In this document: positions 8,271 through 14,751 of the stretch, one piece after another
Position numbering within the stretch: position 1 is the stretch's first letter
How the letters are laid out: every line of letters starts with the position of its first letter
Source: an uncultured Eubacteriales bacterium
GTDB lineage: Bacteria; Bacillota; Clostridia; Lachnospirales; Cellulosilyticaceae
NCBI GenBank assembly: GCA_900551325.1
Contig: URVM01000006.1
Location: 81,744 to 145,743, forward strand
Reading direction: 5' to 3'
Length of the DNA: 64,000 nucleotides
Notes under the pieces: model-generated
Databases searched by the model: none
Told to the model about the DNA's origin: nothing
What the model saw: only the letters and a program-made list of their open reading frames with translations
Made by a program: the position numbers and the translations under genes

Positions 8271-8756
8271 GTGAAAAGTAAGAAGGGAGTATATATGGAG
8301 GGTAGTGTTGTATTTCATGGTAGTGCGGTAGTAGTTAATAAGCCACAGATAATAGTTAGTGGATTTTATAAAGATTTTGGATATGGTTTCTACTGTACTA
8401 GTATTGAGAAACAAGCCAAGAGGTGGGCTTTAGCTAAAAGGCCAGAGCATGTTGTCAATCAATACTGTTATAAAGAAGATAGCAGTCTGAAGGTATTAAA
8501 GTTCGAACATATGACTGATGAATGGCTAGACTTTGTTGTTAACTGTAGACGAGGTATTGCTCATACTTACGATATTGTAGAGGGGCCAATGGCGGATGAT
8601 ACAATTTGGAATTATATTGAGGATTATATCGAAGGAGAAATAACAAAAGAAGCTTTTTGGGTGTTAGTAAAATTTAAATATCCAACACACCAGATTGTAT
8701 ACTGTAGTGAAGCAGCTCTAAACACACTTGAATTTGATAGCAAGGCTGAAGGCTGA
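8271..8756 (+). CDS. DUF3990-like protein, duplicated copy with its C-terminus replaced by repeat-encoded DSKAEG*
   Basis: FHGS...DFGYGFYCT...QAKRWA signature. GTG start. The 3' end runs into repeat copy 8. Confidence 0.55.
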   Translation: MKSKKGVYMEGSVVFHGSAVVVNKPQIIVSGFYKDFGYGFYCTSIEKQAKRWALAKRPEHVVNQYCYKEDSSLKVLKFEHMTDEWLDFVVNCRRGIAHTYDIVEGPMADDTIWNYIEDYIEGEITKEAFWVLVKFKYPTHQIVYCSEAALNTLEFDSKAEG

Positions 8757-8803
8757 CGCCTCCAGCCTAAGGTGCCAGGCACGTGACAACTTAGACACAA
8801 TTT
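8738..8803 (+). repeat. REP-like repeat copy 8 (full; left edge is the duplication junction)
   Basis: TAGCAAGGCTGAAGGCTGACGCCTCCAGCCTAAGGTGCCAGGCACGTGACAACTTAGACACAATTT. Confidence 0.85.
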
Positions 8804-8917
8804 AATAGAGAGATAATTTTGAGCCACAGGTAATGTATGATTATTTGTGGTTATTTTTATGCAAGTTGGTTTAAAAAACAGGGAAACAGTGATACTATAA
8901 TAATATAAGGTAAAAAT

Positions 8918-9403
8918 GTGAAAAGTAAGAAGGGAGTATATATGGAGGGTAGTGTTGTATTTCATGGTAGTGCGGTAGTAGTTAATAAGCCACAGATAAT
9001 AGTTAGTGGATTTTATAAAGATTTTGGATATGGTTTCTACTGTACTAGTATTGAGAAACAAGCCAAGAGGTGGGCTTTAGCTAAAAGGCCAGAGCATGTT
9101 GTCAATCAATACTGTTATAAAGAAGATAGCAGTCTGAAGGTATTAAAGTTCGAACATATGACTGATGAATGGCTAGACTTTGTTGTTAACTGTAGACGAG
9201 GTATTGCTCATACTTACGATATTGTAGAGGGGCCAATGGCGGATGATACAATTTGGAATTATATTGAGGATTATATCGAAGGAGAAATAACAAAAGAAGC
9301 TTTTTGGGTGTTAGTAAAATTTAAATATCCAACACACCAGATTGTATACTGTAGTGAAGCAGCTCTAAACACACTTGAATTTGAGAGGAGTTACAAATTA
9401 TGA
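8918..9403 (+). CDS. DUF3990-like protein (intact copy)
   Basis: Same signature as 8271. ATGA overlap with the downstream DUF3791-like gene. Confidence 0.7.
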   Translation: MKSKKGVYMEGSVVFHGSAVVVNKPQIIVSGFYKDFGYGFYCTSIEKQAKRWALAKRPEHVVNQYCYKEDSSLKVLKFEHMTDEWLDFVVNCRRGIAHTYDIVEGPMADDTIWNYIEDYIEGEITKEAFWVLVKFKYPTHQIVYCSEAALNTLEFERSYKL

Positions 9404-9870
9404 GAAATATATTTTTCCCAGATGAGGAGCTTACTCAAGATGACTTGTACTTTATGTGTACAATGGTTGAACGTGTAGCAAGAAAGCTGAAGGTAAGGAA
9501 TAAAGAAGTTGTCAATGCACTAGGTTATGAAGAACTATGTAAAAAGATAAGTTTAGCTGATGTTTTGCATAGTGAGAATCCAGACAAAGTAGTGGCAGAT
9601 TGGATTGAGGAGTATAGCTTAGAAGAAGGTAAATTTGATATATTAGATGTTGATAAAACATTAGTGGAAAAAGCACCATCCCCACTTCAAATAGGGAAGG
9701 TATATAGACGCCTAATAGAATATACGTTACAAGAAGGAGAAGATTATATACAAGGTATGATTAGAGTATATAATTCACCTATATGTGAGATTATTGATAA
9801 TTATAATAGTAGTGCCTATTATGAGCCAACACCTGTTATTATAAAGGGTTATTATAATAATGGTTTTTAG
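9400..9870 (+). CDS. DUF3791-like protein (usual partner of DUF3990)
   Basis: The pattern ...FMCTMVERVARKL...VLHSENPDKVVADWIEEY is recalled as DUF3791-like. Translationally coupled to the upstream gene. Its TAG stop lies in repeat copy 9. Confidence 0.6.
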   Translation: MRNIFFPDEELTQDDLYFMCTMVERVARKLKVRNKEVVNALGYEELCKKISLADVLHSENPDKVVADWIEEYSLEEGKFDILDVDKTLVEKAPSPLQIGKVYRRLIEYTLQEGEDYIQGMIRVYNSPICEIIDNYNSSAYYEPTPVIIKGYYNNGF

Positions 9871-9929
9871 GCTGAAGGTTAACGCCTCCAGCCTAAGGTG
9901 CCAGACACTTGTCAATTTAGACACAATTT
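9868..9929 (+). repeat. REP-like repeat copy 9 (full, lacks the CAA spacer)
   Basis: TAGGCTGAAGGTTAACGCCTCCAGCCTAAGGTGCCAGACACTTGTCAATTTAGACACAATTT. Confidence 0.8.
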
Positions 9930-10010
9930 GATTATGGTATAGATAGATGAGAAGGGGAATGATGTAAGGCATTCCTCTTTTTAAATAGTGTGAATAGGAG
10001 AGTTTAGAAG

Positions 10011-10940
10011 ATGAAAGAACCAATATTAGTTGTTATGGCGGCAGGTATGGGTAGTCGATATGGGAGACTTAAGCAAATAGATCCGATTACGGTAGAGGGA
10101 GAGATTATTATTGATTTTTCTATCTATGATGCCATCAAAGCAGGCTTTAAAAAGGTAGTCCTTATCATTAAAGGTGAACATGAACAGGACTTTAGAGATG
10201 TAATAGGAAACAGATTATCAGATTACATAGAAGTTGAGTATGTACATCAGGAGTTACATATGTTACCTGAAGGATATGCTGTGCCTGAAGGACGTACAAA
10301 GCCTTGGGGGACTACACATGCTATTTGGTGTTGTAAGGATGTAGTAGATGCACCTTTTGTGGTACTCAATGCAGATGATTATTATGGTCCAGAGGCATTT
10401 GAGCATATGTACAAGCATCTTTGTGAGATACAGGAAAGTGGTCAATCAGAGTATGCCATGGTGGGTTACATATTAAACAACACATTGACAGATCATGGTC
10501 ATGTGACACGTGGTGTATGTCAAATAGAGAATGGCTACTTAGCAGAGATTGTAGAGCGTAAGCAAATTGAGCGCCAAGATGGTGTGGTAAGATATTTGGA
10601 TAAAAATAAGTGGGTAGAGGTCGCACCAGATCGTCTTGTATCTATGAACATGTGGGCGTTGACAGCAGATGTTTTTACACAGTTAGAAGAGGATCTTGTG
10701 GATTTCTTGGAGCATGAAGTACCGGTTGATGTGGAAAAGTCTGAATGTCTCATTCCAACAACGATTGGTGAACTGATTCAAAAAGGTAAGGCAAGAGTAA
10801 AGATGTATGCTTCTCATGATACATGGCAAGGGGTAACCTATAAGGAAGATAAGCCAGGGGTTATGGCAACTTTGAAGCAATTGAAAGATGAGGGTATATA
10901 TCCAGAGAGGTTGTGGGGGGGAAGCTTTGGATTATTATGA
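10011..10940 (+). CDS. sugar-phosphate nucleotidyltransferase-like protein, paralogue 3 of 3 (mosaic of copies 1 and 2)
   Basis: Same motifs as the other copies. The leader 9930..10010 is nearly identical to 4514..4593. The C-terminal tail is GGSFGLL*. Confidence 0.85.
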   Translation: MKEPILVVMAAGMGSRYGRLKQIDPITVEGEIIIDFSIYDAIKAGFKKVVLIIKGEHEQDFRDVIGNRLSDYIEVEYVHQELHMLPEGYAVPEGRTKPWGTTHAIWCCKDVVDAPFVVLNADDYYGPEAFEHMYKHLCEIQESGQSEYAMVGYILNNTLTDHGHVTRGVCQIENGYLAEIVERKQIERQDGVVRYLDKNKWVEVAPDRLVSMNMWALTADVFTQLEEDLVDFLEHEVPVDVEKSECLIPTTIGELIQKGKARVKMYASHDTWQGVTYKEDKPGVMATLKQLKDEGIYPERLWGGSFGLL

Positions 10941-11043
10941 AAATGGGTTAACTAGTAAGAAAATAAATAATGTGTTAAAATAAAAAAATGTACAAAAAAG
11001 AGAAAATAATAAAGTAAATTAATAGTAAGGGAGAAATAAATAA

Positions 11044-11352
11044 ATGTGTAATACGAAATTTCTAATTGAGGTACAGTCATATAACAAGACAAAGTGCAAA
11101 CTATATAAGAATACAATAACTAATAAGTATTTTTTAGAGTACGACGGTGCTGTTTATGAGATAGATGATGAAAAGTTTGAATTGGTTGGGGATAATGGAA
11201 CCAATGTGAAAGCAAGTCAAAAGGAACCACTTGAGAGTTTACCAGTAGCACTTAAAGTGCTTTTTGAGATAAATCAATATGCAGTTATTATACATATCAA
11301 TACTCAAACAAAATCAATGATAGTAGATCAAGATTTTATTATTAAGAAGTAA
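11044..11352 (+). CDS. hypothetical 102-aa cassette protein
   Basis: GGGAG RBS. No family recognised. Followed immediately by Y-element copy 2. Confidence 0.45.
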   Translation: MCNTKFLIEVQSYNKTKCKLYKNTITNKYFLEYDGAVYEIDDEKFELVGDNGTNVKASQKEPLESLPVALKVLFEINQYAVIIHINTQTKSMIVDQDFIIKK

Positions 11353-11353
11353 A

Positions 11354-11463
11354 GATGTACTAACTCCCATTGAACCTGACAACCTAAATTAACGCTACAC
11401 ATCCAAACCTACCTCCCACCCTTCATACCACGAGGATAAACTGGGTCTATGTTGGCCATACTC
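11354..11463 (+). repeat. Y-element copy 2
   Basis: See copy 1. It ends with ...GGATAAACTGGGTCTATGTTGGCCATACTCC. Confidence 0.6.
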
Positions 11464-11565
11464 CTATAAATGGAGGTGGCCAGATATGGATGATAAGAGC
11501 TTTATTAGGCTTGAGGTTGGATTGGGTATGAGTTTAGTTGGAATTATTGGTTTGGTAGCAAGGCT

Positions 11566-11620
11566 TAGGGCTAGCGCCCCTCGTCTAAGGGGACGGGCGC
11601 CTGATAATTAATCTAGATTT
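11566..11620 (+). repeat. REP-like repeat copy 10 (degenerate)
   Basis: TAGCAAGGCTTAGGGCTAGCGCCCCTCGTCTAAGGGGACGGGCGCCTGATAATTAATCTAGATTT. The TAGCAAGGCT start and the ...CTAAGG..G.C.GGCGCCTGA.AATT frame are retained. Confidence 0.55.
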
Positions 11621-11798
11621 AGTAGGACCAAATAAAATTAGAGTTGATTTTACTACTATATAGGAAAGAAACAGCCTATTGAAAATAGCTATTGTGAATG
11701 GTAAATTTATTAAATAATACTGTATAACTAATGTTAGTATGTCCCTATCTAGGATAAACAACATGACTAGGGGGATTCCAGGAAAGAGGAATTTAAAA

Positions 11799-13400
11799 AT
11801 GAAAAAAAGAATGCTTAAAGGGATTACTTTTGGCTTGGCAAGCACTTTGCTCGTAGGCTGTGGATCAGGCTCAGTTAACTTATCTAACAACACTAGCAAA
11901 CCATCTGTAAACGCTGCTCAGAGCGAAAATACGCCTGAGTACAATTCGAAAATAAACAACACAATGAATCACACTGTAGCAGATACGGAAATAAAGTTTT
12001 CTAGAGATCCTGTATACTCCCAAGAAGTAAACAAGGTAATACGACCAGGGTATTTTGTAGAAAGTATCAGTTTGGTTGAGGAGATTACACCAACAAATGA
12101 AGGTATTAGCATAAAGCCTGACGAGGGAGAAGTTTTCTTAGTTGCAAAAATGATTTATACCAATGAATCCGAAGAGGATGTTGTCTTAGATGGACACGGC
12201 ATGGATTATGAACTAAACTACACTGAATTTAATGTAACTACTGGAATGTCGGGCAGTTCTATATGGTACGACCCTTCTACCATAAAAACAAGAGCCCACA
12301 TAGAAACAAAAGGCAACGATGGCTTTGAGGAAACAGGGAAAAGCGTTACAGTTGCTCCAAATGAAGAACGAGTGGTACATATTAGCGTCGAAATTGACGA
12401 CGAGTACCGCAAGATAGAACTTGATGATAGACGTAAAGAGAAAGAACTATATGTAGATTTTTCCTTAGGCAACTATATGCAAATAGATACCGTTTCAGTA
12501 GAATTTTTAAATGACTTTTCAGAGGAAATTGCAAAGCAAGTATTCCCACTATCAGAACTTGGATTCTCGACAATGCTTGAAAATCCTCCTGATACATATA
12601 TAGACTACATATATACGGGGGAACTTGAAGGGAAGAATCATGAAGGAAAAGACTCTGTTTTCCAATACAATCACCCATTGAATCCCATGGAAGGAGAAGT
12701 TATCTATGTGGACAATGATGGAAATAGATATGTATTAAGGCCATCTGATAAAATGTTAAAACCGGAGTGCAAGGAAGAATTATACAAAGTTTACTTAGAT
12801 AGCGACAATTGGCAATCTTTCATAAGCAAGCCTAAAAGTATGACTGATCCATATTCTGAAACGTTAAAGTACATCAACCTACACGAAAGATCAGATGGAG
12901 TAGACCGCTTCGATGTAGAGAACATGAAGTTAAACATTATGAGAGAATTCAAGTATGACATTCCATCACTAGAACCTAATGGCGATGAAATAATTACCGA
13001 GGTCAACGCTCAAACCAAAACCATATATGAACATTATACAAATTTGATAGAAGTATTTAACAAATACCTTCCGCAAAGAGGTGATAAAAATGTTCAATCT
13101 AACTTCGAGAAAGAGTCAAATGAGATAATTAAACAATTAAAGACTGACGTAGCAAACTACAAGTCAGATGCAACGTACATTACTCCATATATCAACCAAA
13201 AAGCTATAAACTCTGGCAAAACGGACATTGAGATAGCATACTTACAACAACAGATGATTAAGTACTTTGATAAAGACTCTTGTGATTTAGGTGCTTGCTC
13301 TATTGGAAATGTTGCTGTCATTATGAGCAAAATTGAGAGTTGGTACATTCCACCAGAATTAACAGTAGAGAACTGCACACTTATTCCTAAAGATAAATAG
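11799..13400 (+). CDS. lipoprotein, function unknown
   Basis: Signal peptide with lipobox LLVGC. I placed the start at MKKRMLKG (ATG 11799), which follows an AAGAGGA RBS. Confidence 0.65.
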   Translation: MKKRMLKGITFGLASTLLVGCGSGSVNLSNNTSKPSVNAAQSENTPEYNSKINNTMNHTVADTEIKFSRDPVYSQEVNKVIRPGYFVESISLVEEITPTNEGISIKPDEGEVFLVAKMIYTNESEEDVVLDGHGMDYELNYTEFNVTTGMSGSSIWYDPSTIKTRAHIETKGNDGFEETGKSVTVAPNEERVVHISVEIDDEYRKIELDDRRKEKELYVDFSLGNYMQIDTVSVEFLNDFSEEIAKQVFPLSELGFSTMLENPPDTYIDYIYTGELEGKNHEGKDSVFQYNHPLNPMEGEVIYVDNDGNRYVLRPSDKMLKPECKEELYKVYLDSDNWQSFISKPKSMTDPYSETLKYINLHERSDGVDRFDVENMKLNIMREFKYDIPSLEPNGDEIITEVNAQTKTIYEHYTNLIEVFNKYLPQRGDKNVQSNFEKESNEIIKQLKTDVANYKSDATYITPYINQKAINSGKTDIEIAYLQQQMIKYFDKDSCDLGACSIGNVAVIMSKIESWYIPPELTVENCTLIPKDK

Positions 13401-13430
13401 GAAGAGACAGGAATACGTCAATACAGAGCT

Positions 13431-13466
13431 ACAGCAAGGCTATAGGCTGATGCCTCTAGCCTAAGG
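13431..13466 (+). repeat. REP-like repeat copy 11a (module 1 only)
   Basis: ACAGCAAGGCTATAGGCTGATGCCTCTAGCCTAAGG, followed directly by copy 11b. Confidence 0.75.
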
Positions 13467-13467
13467 G

Positions 13468-13533
13468 TAGCAAGGCTCAAGGCTAGCACCCCAAGCCTAG
13501 GGGGACAGGCACCTGACAATTTACAAACAATTT
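13468..13533 (+). repeat. REP-like repeat copy 11b (full, divergent module 1)
   Basis: TAGCAAGGCTCAAGGCTAGCACCCCAAGCCTAGGGGGACAGGCACCTGACAATTTACAAACAATTT. Confidence 0.75.
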
Positions 13534-13559
13534 GATAAAGGTTTAAGAATGGTTGATGT

Positions 13560-13820
13560 GTGATACCAGAAGTATTTACACAGTTAGAAGAGGATCTTGT
13601 GGATTTCTTAGAGCATGAAGTGCCACTGGATGTGGAAAAGTTTGAGTGTCTCATTCCAACAACTATTGGTGAGCTCATTGAAAAGGATGAGGCGAAAGTA
13701 AAGGTATATGCTTCTCATGATACATGGCAAGGGGTTACTTATAAGGAAGATAAGCCAGGTGTCATGGCAGCTCTTAAAAATTTGAAAGAGGGTGGGTTAT
13801 ATCCTGAGAGATTGTGGTGA
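13560..13820 (+). pseudogene. 5'-truncated nucleotidyltransferase copy (last 86 codons only)
   Basis: Aligns with aa ~218-303 of the full copies (VFTQLEEDLVDFLEHEVPLDVEK...LYPERLW*). Homology begins about 27 nt after repeat 11b. Confidence 0.8.
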
Positions 13821-13840
13821 TAGAGGAGAGTGAAAATAAA

Positions 13841-14137
13841 ATGTCTGTAAATCAATTAAAAGTTGTTGTAAGTGTATTGAAGGAAGTTTCAGAAGGAAAT
13901 ATACCTACTAGTAAAGACTATGGGATAGAAGATAGAATGTTCTATGATATTATTGATGCTATGCAGGATGAAGGATTAATAAAAGGTGCACGTTTTAGTA
14001 GAGGTGGAGTTGGAAATCCTATATTGATTGCAATGCTGGACAGCGTTAAAATTACGATTAAAGGAATGGAGTATCTTAATCAAAATTCAACCCTTGTTAA
14101 AACGTATAAAGGGTTAAAAGTAGCAAGTGGAAGCTAA
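13841..14137 (+). CDS. YjcQ-family protein
   Basis: ...VLKEVSEGNIPTSKDYGIE...DIIDAMQDEGLIKGARFSRGG...ITIKGMEYLNQNS matches my recollection of YjcQ (PF09639). The last 5 codons (ASGS*) lie in repeat copy 12. Confidence 0.65.
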   Translation: MSVNQLKVVVSVLKEVSEGNIPTSKDYGIEDRMFYDIIDAMQDEGLIKGARFSRGGVGNPILIAMLDSVKITIKGMEYLNQNSTLVKTYKGLKVASGS

Positions 14138-14191
14138 CGCCTCCACTAAGATGCCAGGCACCTGACAATTCCTGACAATTTAGATGCAATT
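14121..14191 (+). repeat. REP-like repeat copy 12 (type-b, with an internal 10-bp tandem duplication CCTGACAATT x2)
   Basis: TAGCAAGTGGAAGCTAACGCCTCCACTAAGATGCCAGGCACCTGACAATTCCTGACAATTTAGATGCAATT. Confidence 0.8.
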
Positions 14192-14263
14192 AGATAGATG
14201 TTGAAGAATAAACCGTAGAGTATTAGAAATTGATGTGTAATTTGTTTTATTTACATAAAAGAG

Positions 14264-14450
14264 TTGACATATATCTAAGGATGAGGTATTATAGAGTTAT
14301 CAGTTAGTAAATATAAGTTCCAAAAGTTGTTTGAAAGTAATTCACATACTATTAGAGATTATATCTATTTACTACAAATATAATCTGTAATAAGATGTGA
14401 ATTTTTTTATTCTCCCCTATTACAGAGATACAAAATAGGAGGTACCGCAC
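14264..14450 (+). promoter_or_regulatory. cspA promoter (TTGACA-17-TATTAT) plus ~160-nt structured 5' UTR
   Basis: TTGACA at 14264..14269 and TATTAT at 14287..14292. The UTR contains the inverted repeat AGATTATAT...ATATAATCT. Nearly identical to 56602..56788. Confidence 0.65.
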
Positions 14451-14651
14451 ATGATGACAGGTACAGTAAAATGGTTTAACGCAGAAAAAGGATTTGGTTT
14501 TATTTCTAGAGAAGATGGAGATGACGTATTCGTACATTTCTCAGCTATCCAAGGAGATGGATTCAAATCACTTGATGAAGGTCAAAAAGTAACTTTCGAC
14601 CTTACAAAAGGGCCACGTGGCGCACAAGCAGAAAACGTACAAAAAGCTTAA
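14451..14651 (+). CDS. cspA: cold-shock protein, CspA family (copy 1)
   Basis: [17 protein letters not shown]...VFVHFSAI (RNP1/RNP2 motifs). GGAGG RBS. Confidence 0.95.
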   Translation: MMTGTVKWFNAEKGFGFISREDGDDVFVHFSAIQGDGFKSLDEGQKVTFDLTKGPRGAQAENVQKA

Positions 14652-14670
14652 TTTTAATAGAAATTAGGTA

Positions 14671-14705
14671 AAAGGCATACAGCTTAGGTTGTATGCCTTT
14701 TTTTG
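14671..14705 (+). terminator. intrinsic terminator of cspA copy 1
   Basis: AAGGCATACA-loop-TGTATGCCTT followed by TTTTT. Confidence 0.8.
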
Positions 14706-14716
14706 TGTGCGGGTTG

Positions 14717-14751
14717 ATAGTGCCAGGCACCTGACAACTTAGGCACAATTT
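14717..14751 (+). repeat. REP-like repeat copy 13 (module 2 only), overlapping the dprA stop codon
   Basis: GATAGTGCCAGGCACCTGACAACTTAGGCACAATTT. Confidence 0.8.

Larger units (their letters stand above)
8091..9384 (+). repeat. perfect 2 x 647-bp tandem duplication (repeat copy + leader + first 154 codons of the DUF3990 gene)
   Basis: 8091..8737 and 8738..9384 are identical except one base (C at 8103 versus A at 8750). The ORF translations are identical up to ...NTLEF. Confidence 0.9.

Noticed and set aside
7995-9061. Minus-strand ORFs at 7995..8414 and 8624..9061 (139/145 aa), together with many other antisense track ORFs (for example 37266..37805, 22603..22953, 45225..45617, 12382..12678).
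   Set aside because: They lie antisense to well-supported genes or run through the repeats. They have low-complexity, odd composition, no RBS, and they duplicate only because the underlying DNA is duplicated.
11486-11611. A 41-aa ORF (MDDKSFIRLEVGLGMSLVGIIGLVARLRAS...) between Y-element copy 2 and repeat copy 10.
   Set aside because: There is no convincing RBS. Its 3' half is simply a translation of the repeat (the VARL... tail). It is kept only as a note.
13814-14137. The YjcQ gene, RelE/Phd and small ORFs could mark a prophage or phage remnant.
   Set aside because: There are no structural, terminase, integrase or repressor genes. The genes are individually separated by the REP-like repeat, which fits a cassette array rather than a prophage.
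158-14191. The repeats could be classical integron attC sites.
   Set aside because: I could not find the inverse core/core sites (RYYYAAC ... GTTRRRY) at the repeat ends. The two ends of the element are not complementary to each other; instead it has two separate internal hairpins. No IntI-type tyrosine recombinase lies in the window. An integrase upstream of position 1 cannot be excluded.
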